Positions 38,255 to 50,685 of a stretch of 64,000 nucleotides of DNA are shown here, piece by piece. Origin of the DNA: Vicugna vicugna (taxonomy: Eukaryota); the NCBI GenBank assembly GCA_013265495.1, contig MU057640.1, forward strand, positions 1,559,303 to 1,623,302, written 5' to 3'. Both the position numbers and the translations under genes were made by a program. The notes beneath the pieces are model-generated. The model made no database searches and was not told the origin of the DNA. It saw only the letters and a list, made by a program, of their open reading frames with translations. The stretch's first letter is position 1. Every line of letters begins with the position of its first letter.

Positions 38255-39200
38255 TGAGTATATTTCTGTAAACCAGGGCATTCTCCTCCAAAACTGCAAG
38301 AATTACGACCATCCACACCCAGAAATTAACATTGGTACAGTACAGTCATCTAATCCACAGACCAGGTGTGACTTTCTCCAGTGGTCCCAATAGCATCCAC
38401 TTCAGTAAAAAGATCCAATCCAGGATGTCACACTGCACTGATCTTTCATACCTCAGTAGTCTGTTTCAACCTAGAATTCCTCAGACTGTCCCTGACTTTC
38501 ATGACCTTGACAACTTTGAAGATTTCAGGACAGTTCTGTAGACTGTTCCTCACTCTGGGTTTGTCTGATACTTCCTGATGATTAGAGTCAAGTTACGGCC
38601 GTTCAGCAAGGATACGACGGAAGAGCCCCCTCCTCCTGTGGTTATCCTATCAGGTGGTGTGCAGTTTCAGTGTCTCTCCCTGACGGGTAATGTGAACTTA
38701 CATCACTTGACTGGGTGCCATCTGCCAGACTTCCCCCCTGTAAAGTGACTCTCTTCCCCTCTGTATTGAAAAAGTATTTAGTGAGGTGATACTTTCAGAC
38801 TATATAAATTTCCTATTTCCCAACCAACTTTCACCAAACACTTGAAGTCCACTGATAATTCTTGGCCAAGTTAATTATTCTATGATAGCTGCCTAAGAGT
38901 GATTATTTTAGTCTGATAATTCCAACCATTTTAGTGGGAAAAAAAAGATATTTAGAAACCAAGATCGGGGAATGCATATTGCAAACAGATTATCGCTGTT
39001 CCTAGGTCATCTAAGTGAACAGAAGCACACACATATATGTGCACACTTACTTCTTTCTTTCGGTGTCCATCCATGTATACTGAAGACCATCAGTTCAGGC
39101 AGATACCCTGAATTCCGATCACACACTACAAGATTCGTTCTAGTTTCACCTTTCCATTCCTGTAAGAGTGGGGAATCTGGTTCCCATTAACCTCTATTTA
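38255..39200 (-). mobile_element. Old L1 3' UTR (L1MC4/5-like), antisense
   Basis: 'gggcattctcctcc...gactttcatgaccttgacaactttgaag...tgggtttgtctgatacttcctgatgattag...ctgtaaagtgactctcttcccc'. Confidence 0.75.
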
Positions 39201-39589
39201 TGTCCTTACTGGATTCATGCCCCCATGTCACATAATGCTGCCCCTGCCTCTGACCCAGTATCACAGAAAGCCTGCTCTAGAGGACCAGTAAGGAGGGAAG
39301 CCTAGAAAGACAAAAATGTTTTAGATAGAAACCACTCTACTCCAGTCAAACACCAAAGGAAAAGCTGCAACCCACATCCACGTCCATCAGACAGGCCAAG
39401 CAGGGAGCCAGTGGTTCTCCATGGCCTGGCGGTAATGAAGCCCTCTTACGAGAGACTGGACACTACAGTACACCACTTTCACAGAGCCCAGACAGGCAAA
39501 GCTACAAACACACAGTGGTCCCTTCTTATCCTTAAGGGATACAAGACCCCCATGGGTGCCTGAAACCACAGATAGTATCGAGCCCTATA

Positions 39590-39989
39590 CAGGCAGACCT
39601 CGGACATGTTGCAGGTTCAGTCCAGACCACTGCAATAAAGCAAATATCCCAATAAAACAAGTCACACACATTTTTTGGTTCCCCAGTGCATATAAAAGTC
39701 ATGTTTTCACTATCCTGTAGTCTATTAAGTGTGCAATAGCATTATGTCTAAAAAAAAGTACATACTTTAATTTGAAAATAGTTTATTGCTAAAAGATGCT
39801 ATCATTGGAGCCTTCAGGGAGTCGTAATCTTTTTGCTGGTGGAGAGCTTGAAATATTTTGAGAATTATTAAAATGTGACACAGAGACATGAAGTGAGCAA
39901 GTGGCTGATATGGGGTTGTGCACACCTTGTGAAAAATACAATACTGCAAAGCACAGTAAAGCCAGGCACAACAAGATGGATTATGCCTG
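39590..39989 (-). mobile_element. Tigger1 deletion derivative nested in MER44
   Basis: Termini caggcagacctc ... gattatgcctg with TA duplication (39588-89, 39990-91). 'ccagaccactgcaataaagc...ccagtgcatataaaagt' matches the Tigger1 end. Confidence 0.85.
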
Positions 39990-40136
39990 TACCTACCATG
40001 TTTTTTCCTATACATACCTATGATGAAGTTTCATTCATAAATTAGGCACAGTAAGCAATGAGCAACAATAACTAACTATAAAATAGAACAATTATAACAA
40101 CACACTGTAAGATAAGTTATGGGAACGCAGTCACTC

Positions 40137-40325
40137 TCAAAGTATCTTACTGTACAAACTTAATGCCTTTTCCATTTTAACTAAGCACTTATCACGCACC
40201 ATGGTCATAACTTTTGCAGCTTGAGATGCAACAGCCAAACTAGCATGAATTTCTTTCTCCTTCTTCATAATTTCATGGATGGAAGATTCAGCCTCACTGT
40301 AGCCCCTAGCAGCCTTAGCATACAA
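40137..40325 (-). pseudogene. Tigger7 transposase N-terminal fragment (non-functional)
   Basis: Short CENP-B/pogo-like DNA-binding segment only; no DDE catalytic domain. Confidence 0.75.
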
Positions 40326-42101
40326 TTTTTTTTCTTTCCTTATTAAGTCAAGAACTTTGACCTTTACCCTAAAGGAAGCACTTTACACGGCTTCTCTCTG
40401 GCCCATCTGAAATGCCAGCATTACAACTCCTGTGATTTGAGGCCATTATTAAGCAAAATAAGAGTCACTGACCACAAGCACGGTGATACCACAACAGTCA
40501 ATACCAACCAGAAAAACTGAGCCGGCTGCAAGGTGACTAACAGGCAGTGATGTGGTGGACAAAGAGATGGTTCACATCCAGGGCAGGACGGTGCGAGATT
40601 TCATCACATTACTCAAAACAGCTCACGACTTAAAACTTATAAACTTTATTTCAGGAATTTTCTATTTACTATTTTTGGACCACAAAAAGAGAAACCTTGG
40701 ATAAAGGGGGATTACTGTATTGTTTACAGAGATACTCATTTAAAGCTGAACATTAAATTCAGGACAGCAGTCACGTGGTTGTGCTTCACCAAAGCACAAG
40801 GAGGTCATCAGCAAAGTCTCAATTTTACATTTGAGATTTGAGGCCTAAAAGGTGAAGTATGTTCCCTGTGGCCACACAACTAATCAGCAAGAGCTCAGAT
40901 GCAGACCCAGGTCTGACTAGAATCCTCTTCCACACTATTCCTCAAACAGAGGAAAGAAACGGGCAGAAGTGGAGTTACCATTCTGAGGGTAAGACTCCTT
41001 CTGTGTCTCTGAACCATTTCCACAATGGTGTGCAGGGTATGGGCCCAGAATCAGCAGGGTAAACATCTTCCTGAAGGCAGGGGCAGGGGGCAGAGGGTCA
41101 AATCAGGGCCATACTTGAGAACTGAACTGCAAGAGCAGTATGACCAGCCCTTTACGGACAGTTTCAATCACATCCCACAGGCTACCCATCCTGATTCAAT
41201 TCAGGCATCTCACCTCCCCTCAGGGGGCCCGGTAAAATACTACTAACCATTGTCTGGTTTTGTTTAGAAATCAGGGGGCAAGGGAGAGAAGACCCAGCAA
41301 TCCATTCACAAAAATTCCAACCACACCTTAAACATGGTGCGACTGCATATCACTTCGTGCACAGCACGAAACACGAAATAAGCGCTTCACAGTGCCGGGC
41401 CCTTTTAAAGAATCTGTGTAATAGGACAGCAATAGTACTCCAAAGGAGGGACCAGGACATCCTGGGAAGCCTAGATACCACTCTACCACCTGGTGGATGC
41501 TGTAAAACTGCTAAAAACCCTGAAAGACGGCTCTCCATTAAGAGAAAGCAAACGAAAAGAAAAGCAAAAAGATACTGTGTTTATCGTCTCCAAAAGTCAG
41601 AAATAACTGCATTCTAATTGCATTTCTGGTAGAAATACCTCCAGCGTCTACAGAAGTCATCAATAACATCTCACCCCACCTGGAAAAGCCTCGTGATCAG
41701 CACTAATGACCCTGCGGTCTTAGTTCACGTTTTCTAAGTCTGTCTTTAAAATGGAGTAAGTTCATCCACTGTGGATTTCCAGGGGGTTTGGTATAAATTG
41801 AATCAGAAATAATTATAAGCCTCGCCTCTTCCTGATCCCCTCCCCCAAATTCACTAAGCTCTCTCTCTTTCCTCTCCATCAAAGTTTTCTTTCTAAAGAG
41901 GAAAAGTCTAGACTTAGGCCACAGACCAAAGAAAATGCTACAGAACAAAAGAAACAAAAGGACACGTGCAAGATGGTGCAAAGATAATTCAAAACGGATT
42001 CAGGCTTCATGCTGTAGCCCAAAACTGTCTACAATATGTAAAGGCTGAGAAACGTAAAATCATCCCGTAAACACAATAAGCACGTGAAAAGCATACACAC
42101 C

Positions 42102-42125
42102 AAAAAAAAAAAAAAAAAAAAAAAA
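42102..42125 (+). repeat. Poly(A) run (A24)
   Basis: Read directly from the sequence. Confidence 0.9.
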
Positions 42126-42766
42126 CCATCAATAGATAAAGAGGGAAGACATTTAGCAGAACCCTGCAGGGCCAAGGCTTTTTTTTTTTTTTTCCAAAGC
42201 TTTTTAGTTACTTTCTTTATGAAAAGCAATCAGGTGCTGCTGAAATCAGCATCTGGCATTAGAAAGACAAGAAGTTATCCAAAGGGATTTCTCCATGAAG
42301 ACGACAAATTGAATAAATTAATCCATAGGCACTTGTTTCTTTCATCCTACTGTATTAAGCTTATGCGATTGCAAGATGAGCAGTAATTATCCTTGAGAAT
42401 TAAGGGACACTAGCCCAGCTTTCAAGGAAATTTAAAATCTAAAAAATAAATAAGAAAACGTATTACTTCAACGTCAAAGAAGGAAAAACCTTGAAACACA
42501 TTAAACAGTTTCATTGTAAACTCTCACATAATGAATTCTGGGTAAAAATCGATATGGCTATTGGAAAAATAAATCCTCCCGAATAAATCTAATTTGCTGT
42601 TATTGCAACAACCCACTTATCAAGAGACCATAGAACTTGCATTTCTTAACGTTAATGGATTTGACAGCTTGTGAAGACACAGAAAAATGTTCTTCCCGGA
42701 AAAGTACCAATGGTTCTTTGATTCCAAGTTGTATAAACTATTTCTTTTTCTTCCTTTCCCTGTAAT

Positions 42767-43279
42767 TCTTTTCTTTTTTAATTGACATATAGTCAGTTAC
42801 AATGTCAATTTCTGGAGTACAGCATAATGTCCCAGTCATGTGTGTACACACACACACATTAGTTTTCATATTCTTTTCCATTAAAGGTTATTACAAGATA
42901 CTGAATGTACTTTCCTGTGCTATACAGAAGAAATCTTTTATCTGTTTTTATATATAGTGGCTGTCATGCACAAATCTCAAATTCCCAAATTTATCCCTTC
43001 CCACCCACTTTCCCCTATGGTAACCATAGTTTGTTTTCTATGTCTTTGAGTCTATTTGTGGTTTATAAATAAAATTTGTATCATTTTTTAAGATTCCACA
43101 TATAAGTGATATCATATGATATTTGTCTTTGTCTGACTTACTTTTAAAATGATAATCTCTCAGTCCATCCATGTTGCTACAAATGGCATTATTTCATTCT
43201 TTCTTATGGCTGAGTAGTATTTCGTTGTAAATATATATCACATCTTCTTTATCCATTCATGTGTTGATGGACATTTAGG
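42767..43279 (-). mobile_element. 5'-truncated L1 (ORF2 end + 3' UTR), antisense
   Basis: T-rich tail at the left; 'tccatccatgttgctacaaatggcattatttcattctttcttatggctgagtagtatt'; no clear TSD. Confidence 0.9.
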
Positions 43280-43364
43280 CAGGCATGAGTTCAACAACAA
43301 ACTCATCTCCTATGACCTCACAATAAAATTACTCAGAAACTAATTTAAAAGGGTACCTCTTCCC

Positions 43365-44316
43365 AAATCAACATCAAAAAACAAAAAACAAACAACTGAT
43401 TTTAAAAATGGGCAGAAGAACTGAATAGACATTTTTCCAAAGAGGAAATGCAGATGGCCAACAGGCATATGAAAAGATGCTCAATACTGCTAATCATCAG
43501 GGAAATGCAAATCAAAACCATGATGAGATATCACCTCACACCTGTCAGAATGGCTATCATCAAAAATAACACAAATAATCAGTGTTGGCAAGGATGTGAA
43601 GAAAAGGAAACCCTTGTACACTGCTGGTGGGAATACAAATTGGTGCAGCCACTGTGGAAAACAGAACGGCAGTTTCCTGAAAAACTAAAAATAGAACTAC
43701 CAGATGACCCAGCAATTCCACTCCTGTGTGTATATATCCAAAACAAAAAACAAAAAATAAACCCACTAATTTGAGAGATACATACATCCTAATGTTCATA
43801 GCAGCATTATTTACAAATGTCAAGATATGGAAGCAACCTAAGTATCCATCAACAGATGACTGGATAAAGAAGCTGTGAGATATATACATATATTCACACA
43901 AAACAGACTACTGCTCAGCCATAAAAAAGAATGAAATTCTGCCATTTGCAGCAGCATGGATGGACTTGGAGGGCATTATGCTGCCTAAGTTAAGTTAGAC
44001 ACAGAAAGACAAATCCTGTATGGTATCACTTATATGTAGAATCTAAAAAACACTATAAACTAGTGAATATAACCAAGAAAAAGCAGACTCACAGATACAG
44101 AGAACAAACTAGCAGTTACCAGTGGGGAGAGGAAGGGGGCAGAGTGAATAGTGGACTCAGGGAGTGGGAGGTACAAACTATTGGGTTAAGATAGGCTCAA
44201 GGATAGAGTGCACAACACGGGGAATATAGCCAATATTTTGCAGTAACTGTAAAAGGAAAGAAACCTTTCAAAACTGTATAAAAATTTTAATGTGAATTTT
44301 GACTAATTAATTAATT
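43365..44316 (+). mobile_element. 5'-truncated L1 (ORF2 C-terminus + 3' UTR)
   Basis: ORF 43448..43774 is L1 ORF2 C-terminus with the Cys/His motif ([26 protein letters not shown]). Degenerate TSD aaagggtacctcttcc (left) / aaagggtattgcttcc (44317-44332). Confidence 0.92.
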
Positions 44317-44365
44317 AAAGGGTATTGCTTCCATGATATAAAGTGAAGTATAAACTGACACAGAG

Positions 44366-44472
44366 GTGCTTGCTTCGGCAGCACAAATACTAAAACCGGA
44401 ACGATACAGAGAAGATTAGCATGGCCCCTGCACAAGGATGACACGCAAATTCGTGAAGTGTTCCGTATTTTT
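44366..44472 (+). pseudogene. RNU6: U6 snRNA copy, full length, probably a pseudogene
   Basis: 107 nt matching vertebrate U6, with intact ACAGAGA box, AGC triad and terminal T-run. About 7 substitutions against the recalled U6 sequence, three of them CpG-decay type. Confidence 0.95.
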
Positions 44473-44990
44473 CTGAGTTCCTTTTTCATTAAAGTAGCTT
44501 TCATTCCTTTTATTGCAGTTATTAAAATATGAATGAATGGAAGGTTAGTGCCAGGAAATAAACAAACAAATGACAGAGGAGAGTCTATACAACATTCATA
44601 GAAAGGAGAGAATGGGGAACATGAGACCCATATGCTAAGGTTCCTTTTAGATAACATTTTTCAAGTTCTATATACATACACATAAATAACTGAGAGCAGG
44701 TACACGTTACCAGTCGTAGTAAAGGGGAGGAGCCACGTGCACTGGTGCTTGTAAAAATTAAAATCAAGAAGAAAATATGAAAATAATGGAGAGAAAGACA
44801 TGGGAAGGTTCTTTGAAGCTAAGAAAGACTTCCAGGTTAAGAGGAGTGGAGACCGATGATCCACAATGTACACATGAAAAACATTAAAATAGAGGCACAC
44901 ATGTCAACATATATGCATATATACATACACACAATTCTATTCAGTAGCTGCTCATTACACATGTGATGGTCTCTCAGAAAGTGCCTCCTT

Positions 44991-45113
44991 GTGTGGGTGG
45001 GTATAGCTCAGTGGCAGAGCAATGCTTAGTGTGCCCAAGGTCCTGGGTTCAATCTCCAGTACCTCCATTAAAATAACTAACTAAATAACCCTAATTACCT
45101 CCCCCCACCCCCA
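44991..45113 (+). mobile_element. tRNA-derived SINE (Vic-1-like)
   Basis: gggtatagctcagtggcagagc...gggttcaatctccagtacctcc. TSD aaagtgcctcctt (44978-44990) / aaaacgcctcctt (45114-45126). Confidence 0.92.
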
Positions 45114-45349
45114 AAAACGCCTCCTTACATGTTATGTATTTTAAAGATGGCTATCTATTCCAACTCTGGGAGAAGGGGACAGCAGCAGTTACCAAACTAT
45201 TCACACAGGCCTCATTAATCACAAATACTTTCACGGCAGGAAGTTCAAGTACAATCTAGGGCATCGAGAAGCTTCCTCCTTGAGACTGATTTAAATAGCC
45301 AGTGTCTAAACCCGTCTTTCAATTAAGTCATCGCCCTTATAAATAACAA

Positions 45350-45600
45350 CAGTAGTTACTGTCTGAGCACCTGCAGGACACCAGGCACATTATATTCTCT
45401 GGCTCATGTAATCAACGTAACAATCCAGGGAGATGGGTGTTTCTATTCCCATTTTACAAAGGAGTACAAGTAGGAATCAGTGAGGTTTTAAATCTTACCC
45501 AAGATTAACTCCCTTGGCCAAGGTCACACAGCAAACTGAGTCATAGGACAAGCAAGAATCCAAAGTGAAGTCTGTTTGATACAAAGCTTGTGTTCCTACT
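45350..45600 (-). mobile_element. MIR SINE relic
   Basis: 'ctattcccattttacaaaggag...ccaaggtcacacagc...aagtctgtttgatacaaagc'. Confidence 0.7.
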
Positions 45601-45651
45601 ACTGTATTATGCAACCTCCAACTTACAGATATGGGATAATTGTAATTTAGG

Positions 45652-45812
45652 GTTTTTTAAATTGAAGTATGGTCAGTTTACAATGTTGTGTCAATTTCTA
45701 ATGTTTGGCATGTTTCAGTCATACATGTACATACTTAATATTCCTTTTCATATTCTTTTTCATTATAGGTTACTATAAGAAGTTATATGTAGTTCCCTGT
45801 GCTATACAGAAT
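45652..45812 (-). mobile_element. Short L1 3' end
   Basis: 'tttttaaattgaagtatggtcagtttacaatgttgtgtcaatttc...agttccctgtgctatacag'. Confidence 0.85.
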
Positions 45813-48754
45813 ATATAGTGTGATTCAGAAATTACTTATACATTACTAGTTTATTATTCATAATATTACATGAAAATGCACATTATAAACAATAACCTAC
45901 ACTAAAATATGTATTTTATAAATATTTACATGGCAAAAAAAGATTATGACATTTAGGAGTGATACAAACATTGGTGAATCTTTTTAATTTCTGTTTTTCT
46001 AATTTTTCCTTAATTATGATATATAACTTACTAAAAGGTAATAACGCACACACCAAAAAAACTGCATTTTAGTACAGATGTTTTTCCTCTCTGTTCTCTG
46101 GAAACTATCAAAAATAAATTTTATTATAAAACATGATACAAGTTTTAACAGACCCTCAGAATTAAAGATGAACAACCATGACAATATATGCCACAGAATT
46201 AAAATTATGCAGAAACTTGGAACCACTAAGGAAAAGCAAATAGCCTTTTGATTTTTGCATTATATTTATCCCCAAAAAAGAGAAAAGTAAATAAAAGAGG
46301 TAGTCAGAAAATTCCATAACTTGGAAGAAATGCTGAGGGGAAAAATAACAAAACCAATCAAAGTCAATTTGACGCAAGGAAAACACCCTTGGAAACCACA
46401 GTACAAAGTCTTCAAGGAAAAAACGTCAGTTTCAGTGACTGTCTAGGTATTTCAGCAGATTAACAGTTAGTTCAAAGAAACACTTCGTGGTTCCGAAATG
46501 TTGTTTAAGCCAAACAACTGATCAGAACGTGAAGGCCACATGAAACCAAATTCACTTTTCAAAATAAATACACTTTTCATCTTGTTCAATGACCCTACAC
46601 CATGTTCACGCAACCTCTCAGAAGCACCGTAACCAAAATCTGAAAATGGGAAGTACATAAACTTCATTTCCCAAAAGGAAACCACCACTCAACTACTCAC
46701 CGCGTAATCTGACAAGGGTATTTGTTTTCAAAGCCATCAAATAATATGCATGCCAAGAAAACAGTATGTGATCAGAAGGGGGAAAAGCAGAGCTTCAACT
46801 TTCCCCAAAATGTTTCACGATCAAAAACAAATACAGCAAAACATGAATATCTGGTGAAGTTGGAAAGTATTATGTAAGTGTCTGTATTTTCCAGTCCACT
46901 TGAAATATTTTTTAATTAAAACTAATACTAATGTTTAATATGTGTAGGTCAATACAACACTCAAACCTCTTAGTACACTTACACTGATAAAAAAAAAAAC
47001 AAAACCATACACCATGTCAACATCCCTCTAACCCAACCTGTGTTTTACCACCTGTGGGAGCCACTGCTGATGTAGATATCAAACATCTCCTAGTCTGCTC
47101 CTTTGCCAAGCATGAATTCAGAAACACTAGTACAGATAGAACAAAAAAATTTTTAATTCTTTATGTAACAATGTCAGAATAGTTGTAAGTCACCTGAGAT
47201 GTTCTGTGTGTCCTCTGCGTGTCTAGCTTGAATGCATTTCTAAAATGAAAATAAAGAGGTTTTCCTCTGAAATGGCACATTTGCAGAACAGAAAGTCCTT
47301 ATCCCCCACAGGAAAGCACAGGCTCAAGACACCTTACAAAATGCACCAAATACACCAGAAAGGTCACTTTGGGTACTAAGGTGACAAGAAGATCTCTATT
47401 AATGGAAAGCTTGTGGCCTGAAAAAACTACGCAGATCTTTAGAAAGTGAGTTTTTCATTTCCCTCTCACTGAAAGAAGCAGAACCTACATTTGCACGGTG
47501 CTTCTGACTCCATGGGCAAAGGCACTAGGTGGAAACAGCTGTCGTACTCAGGAAACAGATGGGGTGAATAAAGCAACTAGATAATCAACTGCCTTCCTCA
47601 TCCCTCCACTGGAATTTAAGAAACACTCAGTTAATAATGAAACAAACTAGAAACGCGGAAGTTCATAGCTGAGCAGGACTTGAACACGTATCATGGAACG
47701 TGATGAGCATCACAGAGAGGTCAGACTTAAATGACAAAGAATATGTCAGGCTGTGTTTCCCTATTCTCAAAAAAGAGTCTTATACCTGCCACAGCCTTGA
47801 TTAAAACTGAGATCCATCTGTACCCTCACCAGCCATGCAATCAGATCTTAACTGAGATGTAATACTTAACTACAAGTATTTACTTTAATTCAAACACCTC
47901 CTCGACGTCAGTTGGGCATAAGGTTCTGGGCAAAAAGCTCAGTGCTCCAAAGATCACAATGGCATAGACTTTCCTTTCAAAAAGTTTATAACCTAATTTA
48001 TAGGGAAGGATACGGAAAACCAGCAATAACGCAAACCGGAGTGTTGACAGGTACGGCTTCAAAGATGACAAAAGGACATAAGGTCAGAAGACGAACTCAA
48101 TGGGATGAAGGAAGAACAGGGAGTAAGTGTCCCATGGGCAGAGAAGAGGCAGAGGAAAAGCAATCCGGGGACGAAACAGAGCGAGGACAGAAAAGGCAGC
48201 TGTGCACATGGCGTTTTGAGTAAACAAAGCATAAACCATGGAAACACATTTTAAATATCAAACATACAAAGAAACACTTAAGCGCTAATGGTTGCCTGGA
48301 AATTTTCCCTGAGAGCCACAGGAGAGGAACTGGCGTTACTGTTAATTCAGTGTCTGTCTTCCAGCTTTGGCTTTGTCCTTTGTAAAACCAGGGAAACAAG
48401 ATGCCTACTTCACAACATCATTTCTGGCATCCAGGACCTCGCGTGGGATCAATCATCACATGATTACAGAGACAGCCATCGAATCCCATCATCCTAACTG
48501 GGTCAGTTACCAGCACACGGCATGCTATTCAGAGTTACTGTTTTGCAGGGAATATTTCCTTTCAAATACAGAGGAGCATTCAGATGGAACCTGGCAGACT
48601 TGTAATTCTATCAGGCAGCTGAAGTATAAATTATTTTTTTTAACCTCTGGTGGTGGTAACACTTTACGAAGCTTTGTGATCGTGTTTGTTCTACAGGGAG
48701 AGGTAGGCCAGTGGAATGAGTGTGTGTGTGCGGTTCCCCCCCAACCGCATTCTA

Positions 48755-48872
48755 CTGAAATATAAGTGACACGTAATTGTATTACAGTTCCAGGTGTACA
48801 ACATGATGATTTGATATATGTGTATTATCCGAAATGATTACCAAAAGTTAACATCCATCACCTGACATAGTT
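48755..48872 (-). mobile_element. Short L1 3' end
   Basis: 'tgaaatataagtgacacg...aggtgtacaacatgatgatttgatatatgt...aaagttaacatccatcacc'. Confidence 0.75.
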
Positions 48873-50387
48873 CCAAATAAATGAGTATCTGTCACAGGAA
48901 AAGAGAATGCTACAATTCTAATGATGAATTTGAAAACTCAATTTTATGGACAAAAATTGTTCAGAACTTTCAAATAGTGCCTAAATTGGAAAACAATAAC
49001 CTTCAACAAATTAGTGTAAAGAGCTGCAATTAACTTTTTAGTTATTTAATTCCACTTAGGCCAAAAGCCTTTCAAGTACAAAAAAAAATTCTACATGGGA
49101 ATTTCTCACACCTTGTAAAGCAGAAAACCAACTTTGCTACTTAGACAGCAGAAATGCCTCATCGTTTACTCACACGAGATGTTCAAACAAGATGGAACAG
49201 TGGCTGGTACAGTTAAACGGCTGCCTTGATAAAAGAAAAGTTTGAATACCACATCTGGCAAGTGATGCCAAGAAAGCAGCACCGATGACAAAATGCAAAG
49301 AAAGTAGTTCATCCCCTGGAACCAACTAGAAGGGCTACGAGAAGGACGGAGGAGTCGGTGATGGAAGGCTGGACCACTCCACAAAGGTTTTAAACAACAT
49401 GCCACCAGAGTTTGGATTAGCCTATTGGCAATGAGGAACCACCAAAGGTTTATTAGGGATGGTCACAATCAGAACCAAATGTGTAGGTATAATGTGCACA
49501 AACACACATGCATATATGTATTTTTTTTTTAATTTCCCCCAAAAAAACTTCAACAGTGATGTGGAAGAGAGCCTGCCAGAGGAAAGGCACTGAGTACAGG
49601 AATGCCGGAACCAAGACTGTTAGAATTTTCTAGGTGAGCAATGACTGGGATCCGAGAAAGGAATGAATTTAAGAGAGAATTAGAGACAAAGCTGACAACA
49701 CGTAGAAAACAATCAAATGGGGTAACTGAGAAAAAAGGAACCCAAGTCAGCTAAAATCTCCGTCTTGAGGGACTGGAGAGGACAGTGGTGCTGCTGTCCA
49801 ACGAAGAAACTGCACCACCGTAAGACGAACCGCTGCACTCTTCTCAAAATTATTTTTCCTTCCAAGGTTACATTTAACTGATCTTTGACATTATTAATAT
49901 TTCTCTTCAACACAGTCTGAAATCATCCATTAGCCACATAGGAACCAGTCCAAGAAACGGACTCAGCTCTAAATGGACGTTTTGAAATTTGTCAGTTGAG
50001 TTTACCTTGAAAAATCTGTCAGGAAATAGTTTATATTTATCAAAAGATGTAAGATATCCTACACAAGAAACATTATGAAAATAGGACTAACTCAAGATTC
50101 TCCACAATGAAAAACATTTGCTTGCTGAACTTCATAATAGAATCTAAGGTTCATGCTCTAGTTTATAAATTTTAGCATTAACTCGTTACATCACATTTTA
50201 AAATACAGTAAATCTTTTAAAAAACACAATTTAACATATGGTAAATTATTAACACTACTCAGAACAACACAAACATATACATATACATATACAATGTAAT
50301 TAGGATTAATGCCTGATACAAGAGCTAAAAGATGACATTTTAGCAGAATATTACCCATTTTTATCATGCCACCTTTTTTCCCCCAAC

Positions 50388-50685
50388 TTTAAAATATAAT
50401 CAAATAAAATCGTAAGACATTTAAAGTGTACAATGTGATAATCTGATGTACGTATACACTGTGAAAGGATTCCTTCCACTGAGTAAATTAACACATCTAT
50501 CACTTTACGTGTTTCTCTTTTTCCTCTGGAAACAGAACTTTTTAAAAAATTCATTCCAGTTATTGAATTGAAATTTCCATTATACCACAGTGTTGTCAAA
50601 TACGGTCACCATGTTATATATTATATCCTCAGACCTTATTCACCTTTATAATTGAAAGTCTATGCCCTATACCACCTTCTTCATA
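50388..50685 (-). mobile_element. L1MA-like 3' end
   Basis: 'atttaaagtgtacaatgtgataatctgatgtacgtatacactgtgaaaggattcc...ggtcaccatgttatat...ctcagaccttattcacc'. Confidence 0.8.

Larger units (their letters stand above)
39513..40717 (-). mobile_element. MER44/Tigger7 TcMar-Tigger DNA transposon (internally deleted)
   Basis: TIRs cagtggtcccttcttatcc ... ggataaagggggattactg with TA on the right. ORF 40137..40325 (ESSIHEIMKKEKEIHASLAVASQAAKVMTMVRDKCLVKMEKAL) resembles the Tigger7 transposase N-terminal HTH. Confidence 0.88.

Noticed and set aside
43448..43774. 108-aa ORF as a functional gene
   Set aside because: It is the L1 ORF2 C-terminal fragment of a 5'-truncated element, without endonuclease or RT domains.
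42767..44316. Single twin-primed (5'-inverted) L1
   Set aside because: Both parts have their own 3' tails and different 3' UTRs, overlap in L1 coordinates, and the plus element has its own TSD, so they are two insertions.
44307..44657. 116-aa minus-strand ORF
   Set aside because: Chance frame running antisense through the U6 copy.
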